Below, piece by piece: positions 17,177 through 28,468 of a stretch of 32,000 bases of DNA. The notes under the pieces are model-generated. The model ran no database searches, was not told the origin of the DNA, and saw only the letters and a list, made by a program, of their open reading frames with translations. Every line of letters starts with the position of its first letter. Positions within the stretch are counted from its first letter, which is position 1. Source of the stretch: Nostoc sp. PCC 7120 = FACHB-418 (lineage in GTDB: Bacteria > Cyanobacteriota > Cyanobacteriia > Cyanobacteriales > Nostocaceae); assembly GCF_000009705.1 (NCBI RefSeq), contig NC_003272.1, positions 5,490,001-5,522,000 on the forward strand, written 5' to 3'. The translations under genes and the position numbers were made by a program.

Positions 17177-20128
17177 TTAGTTATAAGCATCCATTGGCAG
17201 GCAAGAACAAACAAAATTCCTATCCCCAAAAGCTGCGTCAATTCTGCCTACACTCGGCCAGAATTTATGCTCCCTTGTCCAAGGCGCGGGATAAGCCGCC
17301 TGTTCACGGGAATAAGGATGAGGCCATTCCCCAACAATCAAACTTTCAACTGTATGGGGGGCATTTTTCAAGGAATTATCTTGAATATCTACCTTACCTG
17401 CTTCAATGTCGGCGATTTCTTGACGAATAGCAATCAGCGCCTCACAAAAACGATCTAATTCTGCTTGAGACTCGCTTTCTGTGGGTTCCACCATGATTGT
17501 ACCTGCCACAGGCCAGGAGACAGTCGGGGCATGGAAACCGTAGTCTATAAGACGCTTGGCTATATCATCAATTTCGATGTTTGCTGATTTTTTGAGGGCG
17601 CGCAAATCTAAAATACACTCATGGGCAACTAGGCCATTTTGCCCTTTGTACAACACAGGATAGTAAGCTGCCAATTTCTTAGCGATGTAATTAGCATTGA
17701 GAATTGCCACCTTGGTTGCTTGCGTCAACCCATCCGCCCCCATCATGACAATATACATCCAAGAAATCACCAAAATACTAGCACTTCCCCAAGGTGCAGC
17801 AGCTACAGCACCGATATTTTGAGGATTTTTCCCACTCTCCAAAACAGGATGTCCTGGTAAAAACGGTACAAGATGGGATGCAACGCCAATCGGCCCCATA
17901 CCAGGGCCACCACCACCGTGAGGAATACAGAAGGTTTTGTGCAAGTTCAAATGACAAACATCCGCGCCAATATCCCCTGGACGACAGATACCCACTTGGG
18001 CATTCATATTTGCCCCATCCATATAAACTTGACCGCCATGACTATGAATCACAGCACAAATTTCTTGAATTCCTGCCTCAAACACACCATGAGTTGAGGG
18101 ATAAGTCACCATCAAAGCCGCCAGTTCATGGCTGTGTTTTTCTGCCTTGGCTTTGAGGTCATCAATATCAATATTACCTCCGGCATCACAGGCAACAGCT
18201 ACAACCTTCATGCCACACATCACCGCACTTGCTGGGTTTGTCCCGTGTGCGGAATTAGGAATTAAACACACATTGCGGTGTGTTTCTCCCCGACTTTGGT
18301 GATACTGACGAATTACCAAAAGTCCTGTATATTCCCCTTGAGAACCAGCATTGGGTTGCAGCGAAACCCCAGCAAATCCAGTAATTTCCCCTAACCACGC
18401 CTCAAGTTGTTGGAAGAGAATTTGATAACCCCGCGTTTGGGTTAAGGGCGCAAAAGGATGTATTCTGCCAAATTCTTCCCAAGTTACGGGAATCATCTCC
18501 GATGTAGCGTTTAACTTCATCGTGCAGGAACCCAAGGGAATCATCGAAGTAGTTAACGACAAATCTTTAGTTTCCAGCCTGTGTAGATAACGCAATAACT
18601 CAGTTTCTGAGTGATAACGGTTGAAGACGGGGTGTGTTAAGTAACTGCTTTGACGGCTAAAGGGTTCATCTTTTAAAGATGATTGCTGAATTATCCAGTC
18701 AAACTCTTGCACATTTAAAACAAATGGCAACTCATCCGTTCCCGCAAATATCCGGCATATATCCTTGACATCTTCGAGAGTTGTAGTTTCGTCAAGAGAT
18801 ATTCCCACTGTGGATGTATCCACAATCCTCAAATTAATTCGGTAAGCTTCAGCCGCTTCTAGAATTTCTTGGAGGGGTTTTTCCCCCAACTTTATCTGCA
18901 ATGTATCAAAGAAAGATTGAGACGTGATTGTATAACCTAGTCGCTGCAACCACACTCCTAAGACCAGAGTCAGGTGATGTATTCTCTCGGCAATTTGCTT
19001 GAGTCCTTCTGGCCCGTGATACACAGCGTACATACTCGCCATCACTGCCAGCAATACCTGTGCTGTACAAATATTACTCGTAGCTTTTTCACGACGAATA
19101 TGTTGTTCGCGGGTTTGCAAAGCCAGACGCAGGGCAGTTTTACCGTGGACATCTTTAGATACCCCCACAATGCGCCCTGGAACTTGCCGCTTGTACTCTT
19201 CTTTGGTTGCAAAATATGCCGCATGGGGGCCGCCGAACCCCAAGGGAATACCGAAGCGTTGGGTGCTACCTACGGCAATATCAGCCCCAAACTCACCAGG
19301 AGGGGTAAGTAAAGTTAAACTTAATGGGTCTGCGGCTACAGTTACCAATGCACCTTGAGCATGAGATGTTTCAATAAAAGCTCGGTAGTCGTAGATTGTG
19401 CCATCACTGGCGGGATATTGTAAAACTGCACCAAAAATCGGTTTATCAAAATCAAATGTCTGGTGATCCCCGATAATAATCTCAATCCCTAAGGGTTTAG
19501 CCCGTGTTTGTAAAACGTCGATGATTTGGGGATGACAATCATGAGAGACAAAATAAGCATTGGCCTTATTTTTGCTCACACCGTAACTCATACTCATGGC
19601 TTCGGCGGCGGCTGTTGCTTCATCAAGTAGGGAAGCATTGGCAATTTCCAACCCTGTTAGATCGATAATCATGGTTTGGAAATTAAGCAGTGCTTCTAGT
19701 CGCCCTTGGGCAATCTCCGGCTGATAGGGAGTATAGGCAGTATACCAACCAGGGTTTTCTAAGATATTACGCCCGATGACTGAAGGAGTAATCGTATCGT
19801 AATATCCCATACCAATGTATGAGCGAAACACCTGATTTTTAGAGGCAATTTGTTTTAACTTTGCCAAGGCTGCATACTCAGTTTGTGCTTCTGGCAACTG
19901 TAGCTGTTCATGCAGCCTGATTGCGCTTGGTACTGTTTTCTCAATCAAGTCATCTAGACTAGAAAATCCCAGCACATCAAGCATTTGTTGAATATCTGCC
20001 GATGATGGGCCTATATGTCTTTGTATAAAATTATTTAAATCTTGTTTCCTTTCGTCTAGCTGTAGACTAGCACCTACGGTAGAGTGAGCTTCATCGCTAG
20101 ACTGAGGAATAGAGGCATAAGATACCAC
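17177..20128 (-). CDS. gcvP: Glycine dehydrogenase (decarboxylating), glycine cleavage system P protein
   Basis: 983 aa single-chain P protein. PLP-lysine region [26 protein letters not shown]-terminal FIQRHIGPS and [25 protein letters not shown] start. Confidence 0.97.
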   Translation of the reverse strand: MVSYASIPQSSDEAHSTVGASLQLDERKQDLNNFIQRHIGPSSADIQQMLDVLGFSSLDDLIEKTVPSAIRLHEQLQLPEAQTEYAALAKLKQIASKNQVFRSYIGMGYYDTITPSVIGRNILENPGWYTAYTPYQPEIAQGRLEALLNFQTMIIDLTGLEIANASLLDEATAAAEAMSMSYGVSKNKANAYFVSHDCHPQIIDVLQTRAKPLGIEIIIGDHQTFDFDKPIFGAVLQYPASDGTIYDYRAFIETSHAQGALVTVAADPLSLTLLTPPGEFGADIAVGSTQRFGIPLGFGGPHAAYFATKEEYKRQVPGRIVGVSKDVHGKTALRLALQTREQHIRREKATSNICTAQVLLAVMASMYAVYHGPEGLKQIAERIHHLTLVLGVWLQRLGYTITSQSFFDTLQIKLGEKPLQEILEAAEAYRINLRIVDTSTVGISLDETTTLEDVKDICRIFAGTDELPFVLNVQEFDWIIQQSSLKDEPFSRQSSYLTHPVFNRYHSETELLRYLHRLETKDLSLTTSMIPLGSCTMKLNATSEMIPVTWEEFGRIHPFAPLTQTRGYQILFQQLEAWLGEITGFAGVSLQPNAGSQGEYTGLLVIRQYHQSRGETHRNVCLIPNSAHGTNPASAVMCGMKVVAVACDAGGNIDIDDLKAKAEKHSHELAALMVTYPSTHGVFEAGIQEICAVIHSHGGQVYMDGANMNAQVGICRPGDIGADVCHLNLHKTFCIPHGGGGPGMGPIGVASHLVPFLPGHPVLESGKNPQNIGAVAAAPWGSASILVISWMYIVMMGADGLTQATKVAILNANYIAKKLAAYYPVLYKGQNGLVAHECILDLRALKKSANIEIDDIAKRLIDYGFHAPTVSWPVAGTIMVEPTESESQAELDRFCEALIAIRQEIADIEAGKVDIQDNSLKNAPHTVESLIVGEWPHPYSREQAAYPAPWTREHKFWPSVGRIDAAFGDRNFVCSCLPMDAYN

Positions 20129-20400
20129 TAAATTAAACTCCAGAAGTAACTATTTAATATTTTGCAACAAATACCCCTGAAAGGTAGGGGTATTTTGTAA
20201 ACTCTTGAATGATTTATCAATAATCATTGAGATGAGGCGTGCTGGGTAATGAGTGCTGTAAAGCTTTGCGGGTATAGCTTCTCTACGAGAATCTACGCGA
20301 ACGCTTAGAGCAATAGCGGGGTGTTTATCTAGTGTTGAGTAAGGAGTTTTTCTCCTGCTTCTTTGCTCCTAGTCACCAGTACTCAGTCCCCAAAACCCAG

Positions 20401-20793
20401 CTACTCGCCTTCTACCTCAGCACGATATTCATCCGCCGTCAAAGCATCATTTACTTCGTCAGGATCATTCACACGCACCTTCAAGAACCAACCTTCACCG
20501 TAGGGATCATCTGCAACCGCTTCGGGCGATTCAACCAAAATTTCGTTGCGTTCTACAACTGTTCCGGTGATTGGTGCGTTCAAGTTTTCGACGGCTTTGA
20601 CTGATTCAATTGAACCAAAAGTGTCTCCTTTTGTTAGTAAATCGCCAATGTCTGGCAGTTCTAGAAAAACCACATCACCCAATTGATCTACAGCAAATTC
20701 TGTAATACCGATAGTAGCGATTTCGCCATCTAGTCTCACGTATTCATGAGTATCCAAATATCTTAAATCTTGAGGGTATTCAAACGACGACAT
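20401..20793 (-). CDS. gcvH: Glycine cleavage system H protein (lipoyl carrier)
   Basis: 130 aa. [29 protein letters not shown] and the lipoyl-lysine motif ESVKAV. Confidence 0.95.
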   Translation of the reverse strand: MSSFEYPQDLRYLDTHEYVRLDGEIATIGITEFAVDQLGDVVFLELPDIGDLLTKGDTFGSIESVKAVENLNAPITGTVVERNEILVESPEAVADDPYGEGWFLKVRVNDPDEVNDALTADEYRAEVEGE

Positions 20794-20982
20794 TTCTTTT
20801 CCTCTTAAAATATCAAAAAATTAGTGTCCCAAAGTAATCAAGACCATATTTAGTTAATAACCATACTGTGATTGAGTATCTTACAACACATTCAGTAGGT
20901 CAACATTGGTTTTTAGATTGGGGGCTGGAGATAGGCCAAATTTTCCCTCTTCAACCCCTTTGCTTACCCTAATCACGATTTT

Positions 20983-22113
20983 CTAACCCTTATTACTTGA
21001 ACGATAAAAGGGTCGCTTAACTACAACAGCTGGGTATGCTTTACCACGAATTTCGACTTCTAGCGGTTGACCAACTTTCGCTAGTTTGCTAGGGACGTAG
21101 GCTAAAGCAACAGGATAACCCAGTGTAGGTGATAGAGTGCCGCTAGTCACTCCGCCTACTACTTTACCGTCTGAGAGAACTTGGTAGCCATGACGGGCGA
21201 TGTTACGTCCTTGGGTTTGCAAACCTATAAGTCGGCGTTGTACTCCTGTAGCCTTTTGTTGTTCTAAAACCGACCGACCAATAAAATCTCCTTTGGTATC
21301 CAAATGAACTAACCACCCTAACCCAGCTTCTAGAGGAGTGGTGTTGTCATCGATGTCTTGACCGTAAAGCGCCATAGCTGCTTCTAGCCTCAGGGTATCT
21401 CTTGCACCTAAGCCACAGGGAATGACACCTGCATCATATAAACTACGCCATAACTCTACCCCTACTTCTGGGTCTACCAAAATCTCAAAGCCATCTTCCC
21501 CGGTATAACCTGTACGGGCTATAAAACCTGCTTGACCTAGTACTGTTGCTTCTAGATGTCCAAAGGCTTTGATTGGTTGTAAGTTTTGCTGCACAAAAGG
21601 CTGGAGATAGCCGATAGCTTTTGGCCCTTGAATGGCGATTAAGACTTTTGCTGGTGATATGTCTTGGAATTGCACCTGATTTTGGTCGAGGTGTGACAGT
21701 ATCCATGCTTTGTCTTTACTAGTGGTGGCTGCATTGACGATAATAAATGCCTGTTGTGTACCAGTGTTGTCTTCACCTTGGTAGTAGACAATAATATCGT
21801 CGATGATTCCTCCTTGGGGGTTTAACAACACGGTATATTGGGCTTGTCCTGGTTGCAACCTACTTAAATCTGAAGGAACTAAACCTTGGAGTTGAGAAAT
21901 GAGGTTTTTACCTTGGAGGGTGAATTTACCCATGTGAGAAATGTCAAACATCCCAGCAGCGTTTCTTACTGCTTCGTGTTCGCGGGTGATCCCACTAAAT
22001 TGTACTGGCATTTCCCACCCGCCAAAGCTGGTCAAGCGGGCTTTGAGTTCTACACCCAGTTGATACAAAGGGGTTCTCGCTAAGGTTTCGGCAGTATCTT
22101 TTTGATTAGCCAC
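20983..22113 (-). CDS. gcvT: Aminomethyltransferase, glycine cleavage system T protein
   Basis: 376 aa. TPLYQLGVELKARLTSFGGWEMPVQF, FDISHMGKF, RTGYTGEDGFEI, GLGARDTLRLEA. GTG start. Confidence 0.95.
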   Translation of the reverse strand: MANQKDTAETLARTPLYQLGVELKARLTSFGGWEMPVQFSGITREHEAVRNAAGMFDISHMGKFTLQGKNLISQLQGLVPSDLSRLQPGQAQYTVLLNPQGGIIDDIIVYYQGEDNTGTQQAFIIVNAATTSKDKAWILSHLDQNQVQFQDISPAKVLIAIQGPKAIGYLQPFVQQNLQPIKAFGHLEATVLGQAGFIARTGYTGEDGFEILVDPEVGVELWRSLYDAGVIPCGLGARDTLRLEAAMALYGQDIDDNTTPLEAGLGWLVHLDTKGDFIGRSVLEQQKATGVQRRLIGLQTQGRNIARHGYQVLSDGKVVGGVTSGTLSPTLGYPVALAYVPSKLAKVGQPLEVEIRGKAYPAVVVKRPFYRSSNKG

Positions 22114-22289
22114 AGATAGTTTTGCTTATGCGATCGCACTTCAACATTTAATATCCTACGTGATGGTTTCAATTAATAGGGAGTAAGACATAGGGAATAA
22201 TTTCTGACCCACTACTTCCCACTCTCTGCTCACCATTCCCCTTTAATGTTTAATAATGGTGGAGTGTTGAGATTTATTAAGAATACGTT

Positions 22290-22784
22290 ATGAAAGATTG
22301 GCGAGTAGTGGTTAGTTTTGTCTTAGCAATGGTTTTATTTTTGTTTCCTGGGTCAGCCCAAGCTGCGAGTTCGTCTAGTATCACCCGTTCGGCTGGTGAT
22401 GAACTGAAGGCAAAAGATTTCTCTGGTCAAAGTTTAATTGGTTCTGAGTTTACCAATGTAGATTTAGAAAATGCCAATTTTAGCAATGCTGACTTACGTG
22501 GTGGTGTGTTTAACGGGACTGTGCTGGAGGGGGTTAATTTGCATGGTGTGGATTTTAGTGAGGGCATAGCTTATCTGGCAAATTTTAAGAACGCTGATTT
22601 AAGCGATGCTATTTTAACTAATGCTATGATGCTGCGTTCTATTTTTGATAACGTTAATGTCACTGGGGCAGATTTTACTAATGCGGTTTTAGATATAACG
22701 CAAGTGAAAAAACTCTGTCTTAAGGCTAATGGCGTAAACTCTAAAACTGGTGTTGATACCCGTGAGTCTTTGGGTTGTCGCTAG
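22290..22784 (+). CDS. Pentapeptide-repeat protein with N-terminal signal peptide (probably lumenal or periplasmic)
   Basis: Signal peptide [19 protein letters not shown], then consecutive A(D/N)LXX pentapeptides ([32 protein letters not shown]...). Confidence 0.85.
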   Translation: MKDWRVVVSFVLAMVLFLFPGSAQAASSSSITRSAGDELKAKDFSGQSLIGSEFTNVDLENANFSNADLRGGVFNGTVLEGVNLHGVDFSEGIAYLANFKNADLSDAILTNAMMLRSIFDNVNVTGADFTNAVLDITQVKKLCLKANGVNSKTGVDTRESLGCR

Positions 22785-23030
22785 GGCTGAGATTTTTTTT
22801 GGCTGAGTAGGAGATATTTCCTAGTTTCGCGCAAAGGCGCATACCACTAAGTAGGAATCCCCAGGGTAAGCACAAAGGTGTTATTAGCGTCTTTGCACTG
22901 TATGATTTTGTCTGCTTTTGCTGAGTAATCATGAAACTTTCACAAATGCTTTTTTTCGTCCATTATCAGCAAAATCAAGTCTTGGTATCAGCACAATGAA
23001 TCACCAAGGGCTTGCTGAAATCTTCACATT

Positions 23031-23867
23031 TTGTTACAAGAGTACAAAGAACTTCTAGAGACCCACAACCAAATGTTCGGCGGACTTACTGGTTTACAAG
23101 ATCCTAAAGGCACTGATTGGGGCGAGAGAATGCTCAATACAGTAGCCAGCCAAACGATTCGCCACCTGTTTTCCCAAAGCGAGTCAGTAGAAGTCTTTGT
23201 GCGCTGCTATCCCTCTAGCAAGCTGTTGCAAGGCAGCATTGATAGCTTCAAAATGAGCGGACGTGGCTTAGTCATCCGCAGAGAGTTTGCGGTAGAGGAG
23301 ATGTCTTTTGAGACGGATGCCGTGTCTATTGACTTTGGTGCTGTTTTGAGTGGTAAGTTAAATCTTAAGCAACCAACACAAGCGATCGCGCAAGTAATTT
23401 TATCGGAAACTGGAATTAATCAAGCCTTTAAAGCTGAACTAGTACAGAAGCGGCTAGTCAACTTAACTTTACCCGCTTTAACTGAATTATCTGACGGTAA
23501 ACCAGTTTCTTTTACTGAAGTTCAGGTACAACTATTACCCCAAAATAGCCTCAGACTGACAGCGCAGGCGGATTTAGGTAGCGGAGAACTGATCCCCATT
23601 AGCATGACTCTGACGGTGGCTGTGGAAAAGCGCCGCCGTATTTCTTTTAAAGATCCCAAAGTTGAACTTGGTGCTGTTCCCGAAACGCAACAAGAAATAT
23701 CACAAACCTTGAGTCTAGCACTGGCGGAAATTTTAGATAATATGGTCGATTTAGACCGTTTTGACCTTGATGGTGTGAAAATGCGGCTGAACCGATTAGA
23801 AACCGAAGGAGACAGGTTAATTTTTAGTGGCTATGCAGAAATTGAACGGATTCCTCGTAGTGCTTGA
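23031..23867 (+). CDS. DUF2993/LmeA-like family protein (conserved hypothetical)
   Basis: VEVFVRCYPSSKLLQGSIDSFKMSGRGLVIRREFAVEEMSFETDAVSIDF has the pattern of LmeA-type lipid-binding proteins as I recall it. TTG at 23031 is the longest start; ATG at 23073 (MFGGLTGL) may be the real one. Confidence 0.5.
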   Translation: MLQEYKELLETHNQMFGGLTGLQDPKGTDWGERMLNTVASQTIRHLFSQSESVEVFVRCYPSSKLLQGSIDSFKMSGRGLVIRREFAVEEMSFETDAVSIDFGAVLSGKLNLKQPTQAIAQVILSETGINQAFKAELVQKRLVNLTLPALTELSDGKPVSFTEVQVQLLPQNSLRLTAQADLGSGELIPISMTLTVAVEKRRRISFKDPKVELGAVPETQQEISQTLSLALAEILDNMVDLDRFDLDGVKMRLNRLETEGDRLIFSGYAEIERIPRSA

Positions 23868-23995
23868 AGATGAGGGAGGGGGGGAATAAATTCAAAATGA
23901 ATAATATAGCTGAGACATTTTCTTAAATATAGCTGTCGCCAGTAGTGTTAGAACATCGATAGATGATACAACCTAGACACAACAAGACTTTTAAC

Positions 23996-24083
23996 CCAGT
24001 CACCAGTCACCAGTCACCAGTCACCAGTCACCAGTCACCAGTCACCAGTCCCCAGTCCCCAGTCCCCAGTCCCCAGTCCCCAG
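23996..24083. repeat. STRR heptanucleotide array (7 x CCAGTCA, then 5 x CCAGTCC, the latter being the STRR1 unit CCCCAGT)
   Basis: Perfect heptamer periodicity read directly from the sequence. It lies in the spacer between convergent genes. Confidence 0.95.
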
Positions 24084-24171
24084 CTATAGCGTTCCTCTGT
24101 GTTGAAAAAGAAAAAACGCAGAGTACATAAAACCCTGCGTCATCAAAATCACTTATATAACTGCAAATGAA

Positions 24172-26076
24172 TTACAACTTAGTCCCACATTCAGAACAGA
24201 AATTGTGATTTGGTAAATTTGACGTGCCACAATGGCTGCAATAAACTGGTTCGACACTGGTCTTTGGTGGTTGCTTCGGTAAACCAATCATTTGAGCATT
24301 ACTCTTACCAGGAGCTACCATAGGATAGCAATTCTCGTCTTTTGTGACGCGAACATCTAAAATAACTGGGCCATCGTAGGCTAACATTTGAGCGATCGCA
24401 TCTTTCAATTGCTCTCTGTGAGTGACTACAATACCCTTAATGCCGTAGGCTTGTGCCAATAACTCTACATCTGGCATCCCTACTTCCATATTTGAGCAGG
24501 AGTAGCGCTCGCCGTGGAATGCTTGTTGCCATTGGCGTACCATCCCTTGCCAGCCGTTATTTAGAATTACAGTCTTGACATTTATCTTATATTGTGCAGC
24601 AGTACCAAGCTCTTGCAGACACATTTGGAAACTGGCATCACCGCTAATACAGATTACTTGTTCATCTGGGAAAGCTACTTTAGCGCCAATTGCGGCAGGT
24701 AAACCAAAACCCATAGTTCCCAAGCCTGCGCTAGAAATCCAACGCCGGGGGCCATTTTTGAGGAATTGGGCTGCCCACATTTGATGTTGACCAACATCAG
24801 TGGTGTAGAAGGCGTGGGGGGCTTGACTACCGACTTCCACAATCACTTCTTGTGGGGGAATGCTGTCTGGATGCTGGGGAACTACTAGGGGGTAATCCTC
24901 CCGCCAACGGTTAATTAAGTTAAGCCATTCTTGGTTTTGGTTGGGGGTAGTTTTGGCACTTGTTTGTTTGCAACGACGTAATAAATCAAGTAAGACTTTC
25001 CGCACATCGCCAACAATGGGGACTTCAGGAATGCGGTTTTTACCAACTTCGGCGGGGTCAATATCGATGTGAATGACTTTGGCACGAGAAGCAAACTCAT
25101 CTAATTTGCCAGTAACACGGTCATCAAACCTAGCACCCACGCAAATCAATAAATCACAATCAGTCACAGCAAAGTTAGCGTAAGCTGTGCCGTGCATCCC
25201 CAACATCCCCAAGGATAAAGGATGGTGTTCATCAAAAGCCCCGATACCCATTAGGGTGGTAGTGACGGGGATATTAAATAACTCGGCGAGTTCTTGAATT
25301 TCTGCATGAGCGCCAGATGCGATCGCCCCACCACCAACGTATAGTAAAGGACGACGGCTTTCGCGGATCAATTCAATCGCGGCGTTAATTTGGCGTGGAT
25401 TTCCCTTCACCGTGGGGCGATATCCGCGTAATTTAATTGAACCTGGTTCTACAGGTACATAATCAAATTGTTCAAAAGCCACATCTTTCGGCACATCAAT
25501 CAACACTGGCCCTGGACGGCCTGTGCTGGCTATGTGGAATGCTTCTGCCACAATTCGCGCCATGTCTTGGGGGTCACGCACTACATAGGAGTGCTTAACA
25601 ATGGGTAGAGTAATACCGTAGATATCGGTTTCTTGGAACGCATCTGTACCGATCATTTTCCGGGGTACTTGCCCAGTAACAATCACCATTGGAATTGAAT
25701 CCATGTAGGCTGTAGCGATACCTGTTACCAAGTTAGTTGCCCCAGGCCCAGAAGTACCAAAGCATACACCTACTTTTCCGGTTGCACGAGCATAACCATC
25801 AGCAGCATGAGCTGCTCCTTGTTCGTGTCTCACTAGAATATGTTTAAGGCTGCCAGTTGCTTCCACCTTATACAGATCATCATAAATCGGCAGAATCGCC
25901 CCACCAGGATAACCAAAGATATACTCAACGCCGTGGCGCAGCAGGCTATCAAGTAGCGCGAAGCCACCAGTTACCCGTTGTGGTGTCACAACCACCGATG
26001 GCGAATTAACAGACTGAGTATGTTTCTCTGTTTGTGAGGGACTAGTCGGGGAAGGCAAGCTCACAGTCACGGTCAA
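24172..26076 (-). CDS. ilvB: Acetolactate synthase (acetohydroxyacid synthase) large subunit with a C-terminal zinc-ribbon extension
   Basis: 634 aa. [13 protein letters not shown], the ThDP motif [15 protein letters not shown]...[11 protein letters not shown], and the FAD/central domain. The last 24 aa are [23 protein letters not shown] (CxxC-N10-CxxC). TTG start; the N-terminal extension is uncertain. Confidence 0.93.
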   Translation of the reverse strand: MTVTVSLPSPTSPSQTEKHTQSVNSPSVVVTPQRVTGGFALLDSLLRHGVEYIFGYPGGAILPIYDDLYKVEATGSLKHILVRHEQGAAHAADGYARATGKVGVCFGTSGPGATNLVTGIATAYMDSIPMVIVTGQVPRKMIGTDAFQETDIYGITLPIVKHSYVVRDPQDMARIVAEAFHIASTGRPGPVLIDVPKDVAFEQFDYVPVEPGSIKLRGYRPTVKGNPRQINAAIELIRESRRPLLYVGGGAIASGAHAEIQELAELFNIPVTTTLMGIGAFDEHHPLSLGMLGMHGTAYANFAVTDCDLLICVGARFDDRVTGKLDEFASRAKVIHIDIDPAEVGKNRIPEVPIVGDVRKVLLDLLRRCKQTSAKTTPNQNQEWLNLINRWREDYPLVVPQHPDSIPPQEVIVEVGSQAPHAFYTTDVGQHQMWAAQFLKNGPRRWISSAGLGTMGFGLPAAIGAKVAFPDEQVICISGDASFQMCLQELGTAAQYKINVKTVILNNGWQGMVRQWQQAFHGERYSCSNMEVGMPDVELLAQAYGIKGIVVTHREQLKDAIAQMLAYDGPVILDVRVTKDENCYPMVAPGKSNAQMIGLPKQPPKTSVEPVYCSHCGTSNLPNHNFCSECGTKL

Positions 26077-26199
26077 ACCTCAGATGATAGCTAAGTTAAT
26101 GCGGGAATTCTGTAGTCAGTAATTCAATATTAATAGAAAAGTTCAATCAAATTATGAATTAAATTTCTTTCTTTAGTATGACGATGATAGATACAGAGT

Positions 26200-26231
26200 A
26201 TGGGTGGGGGAATGGGTAATGGGTAATGGGG
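26200..26231. repeat. Short heptamer repeat (GGGTAAT-type)
   Basis: ATGGGTGGGGGAATGGGTAATGGGTAATGGGGA has 7-nt periodicity. It lies just downstream of the MFS gene stop. Confidence 0.7.
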
Positions 26232-26240
26232 ACTTAATAA

Positions 26241-27506
26241 CTAAATCACATCTTGCAAAACTCGGCGGGTATTTTTCCATGCCATTACACCTACGGTTAC
26301 AACTACGAAACTCATACCCACCAATACAGTTCTCAAGCCTAGAGCATCAGTTAATGGCCCGGTAATAGCCAACGGTGCTGATAGGGCAATATTTACAGCA
26401 TGGTTTTGAAAACCAAATACTTTGCCATACATTGTAGGTGGTGTTTGGTGTTGAATTAATGTTTGCATAGGTACGCCTATTAAAGAAGCACCTAATCCTA
26501 AAAATCCACAAAGTGCTAAAGCCAAGAGCAAATTGTGGGTAAAAGTGAATAATGACAAAACACCTGCCATCACCAGAAACCCGATTAAGGGTAAGGGTTT
26601 GTGACGAAAATTATCTCCCCAATGTCCCAATATGGCTGCACCTAAAACCATGCCTACTCCGGCTGCTGCTAAGAAAAAGCCAAATTGTTGCTGTTTTAAA
26701 CCAAAATCTGCTGCTAATCTGATTGAAAGCACCATTAAAGCGGCAAAAACACAATATAATGTGGTTAATTGCAGCATAGCATTCAATACTAGGCGGTTCT
26801 TTTTGAGATAGCCTAATCCTTCTTTGAAATCAGCCCAAGGATGGATTAAGGCTGTGGGATCGCTAATGGATTTGTGTTCAGATTTAAAATTAACTAGCCA
26901 AAATGCAAGTGCTGACAGCGAGTACAAACTAGCTACTATTAATTCTTGACCATAATCTGAGCCTAAGAAGGTTTTTGCCAAACTTAATATCGGCTCACCA
27001 ATGGCAAAACCCACAATTAAGGCTCCCATCATTGTACTGCTGTAAAGAGCATTGGCCGCCATAAAATTTTCTTTACGCACCAAAATTGGAATAGCAGCCT
27101 GTTCTGCTGGTGCGAAAAACTGCGCTAGGGAGGAAATTGCAAAAGTCAAGACTAAAAATATGAAAAAGTTCCGTGGAGAGAAAGCTATTAAAAGTGTTAG
27201 TAATGCCTGGATGACATCAGCGCCTACTAGGACGAATTTTTTAGAAACGCGATCAACAAAAAGACCTCCCGCAGAACCTAGTAAAATTGCGGGCAGAGTA
27301 AAGGCTACCATCAAAATTGAGTACATGGAGTTTTCTGCCCAACCTGGAAGGGGTGGGTAATTCTCCAGCAAGGCAACCATTAAGACAAAAAAGACTTTAT
27401 CACCTAACTGGGAGAGCAATTGCCCAATCCACAGCAGCATAAAATTACGATTTTTGATCAGTGCGCCAAACCCATTATTAACAGTAGCAGGTTCAGTAGG
27501 AAACAT
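26241..27506 (-). CDS. MFS-family transporter
   Basis: 421 aa, highly hydrophobic, with about 12 predicted TM stretches. The N-terminal FMLLWIGQLLSQLGDKVFFV resembles the MFS_3/EntS-like group. Confidence 0.8.
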   Translation of the reverse strand: MFPTEPATVNNGFGALIKNRNFMLLWIGQLLSQLGDKVFFVLMVALLENYPPLPGWAENSMYSILMVAFTLPAILLGSAGGLFVDRVSKKFVLVGADVIQALLTLLIAFSPRNFFIFLVLTFAISSLAQFFAPAEQAAIPILVRKENFMAANALYSSTMMGALIVGFAIGEPILSLAKTFLGSDYGQELIVASLYSLSALAFWLVNFKSEHKSISDPTALIHPWADFKEGLGYLKKNRLVLNAMLQLTTLYCVFAALMVLSIRLAADFGLKQQQFGFFLAAAGVGMVLGAAILGHWGDNFRHKPLPLIGFLVMAGVLSLFTFTHNLLLALALCGFLGLGASLIGVPMQTLIQHQTPPTMYGKVFGFQNHAVNIALSAPLAITGPLTDALGLRTVLVGMSFVVVTVGVMAWKNTRRVLQDVI

Positions 27507-27662
27507 TGGGGATTTTGTTTAATAAGTACGGTAGATGGGGGTGGGAGTGGGGACTAGAAGAAGCAAATGGAATCTGGAGTTTTTCATCTTCATTTTCCAT
27601 ATCCCTACTGATTGTCTCATCACTCAATATTTCACTCCTGGTAACTGTGACGGTTTTCCGGA

Positions 27663-28235
27663 CTATTTTGCTTCATAGTGTCTTAACAATAAATGTAAAA
27701 ACTCAGCCGCAGTTAAACGGGTATTTGAAGTAGTATTTTTGACATACATATCAACTTGCCAGCCTTGTACGGTTTGGGGCGATCGCCACATGGTTAAATG
27801 TTCAACGGGTGGTTCTGCGTAAAAATTAGTTTGCCCACTTCCTAGTAACAATGAACTCCAATGAGTGAAATAATCATGACTGAGCCGATGAATGGGAAAA
27901 TTTCCCCACAGTGGTACGCCCCATCCATCTATGGCAATAAATGCTTTGACATGACCCCCCCAATTTTGCCATTGCCAAGCAGCAGCGATCGCTCCGACTA
28001 CGCCAGCACTGAAGCTGATGAATATAACTGGCGATTTTAGCTTATTCCCCAAGCGATCGTGCAGAAACTGCAAAATATGAAGTGATGATAAAGTCAAAAC
28101 CCCTGCCACTGGAACAACAAGTATCTCTACGGGCTTTTGACTAATTGAGTTACCAGAGAATGCACCCAAGCACCCTGACACAAAGCTTTCAGTTAAATCT
28201 GAGTCATGGATTCCAGGGCAAATAATAATGCTCAT
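27663..28235 (-). CDS. Conserved hypothetical protein, possibly alpha/beta-hydrolase-like
   Basis: 190 aa. IIICPGIHDS and a nucleophile-elbow-like FISFSAGVVGA. The assignment is weak. Confidence 0.4.
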   Translation of the reverse strand: MSIIICPGIHDSDLTESFVSGCLGAFSGNSISQKPVEILVVPVAGVLTLSSLHILQFLHDRLGNKLKSPVIFISFSAGVVGAIAAAWQWQNWGGHVKAFIAIDGWGVPLWGNFPIHRLSHDYFTHWSSLLLGSGQTNFYAEPPVEHLTMWRSPQTVQGWQVDMYVKNTTSNTRLTAAEFLHLLLRHYEAK

Positions 28236-28248
28236 TTATAAATTATAG

Positions 28249-28288
28249 TCAGTTGTCATTTGTCATTTGTCAGTTGTCATTGGTCAAC
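28249..28288. repeat. STRR-like heptamer array (TTGTCAT/TTGTCAG/TTGGTCA)
   Basis: TCAGTTGTCATTTGTCATTTGTCAGTTGTCATTGGTCAAC has 7-nt periodicity and is related to STRR2 (TTGGTCA). Confidence 0.8.
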
Positions 28289-28468
28289 AGTTAACATTTC
28301 TTCCTCAAAGCATATAGTGTTAAATATTTTTCCCTACTCAGTACCTAGTATTAAGCTCAGTATGTCTTTTGATATATTATTGTCACTTTTGTTGTTATCC
28401 CATCCAGGGGGATAGGATAATAACTTACTAGGTGGGCAAACAATCCAGCTATGTTGTAGCTACTGATT

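Noticed and set aside
17162-19358. Plus-strand ORFs of 60-120 aa overlapping gcvP (for example 17162-17458, 17794-18156, 18974-19312)
   Set aside because: They are antisense to a strongly supported 983-aa conserved gene and have low-complexity or biased composition with no recognisable motifs. They are typical shadow ORFs.
22114-22289. Possible glycine riboswitch in the gcvT leader
   Set aside because: I read the reverse complement of the leader and could not find the conserved glycine-aptamer core (GGAGAG ... CACCGAAGGGGCAA-type elements). There is no support without a covariance-model search (Rfam RF00504).
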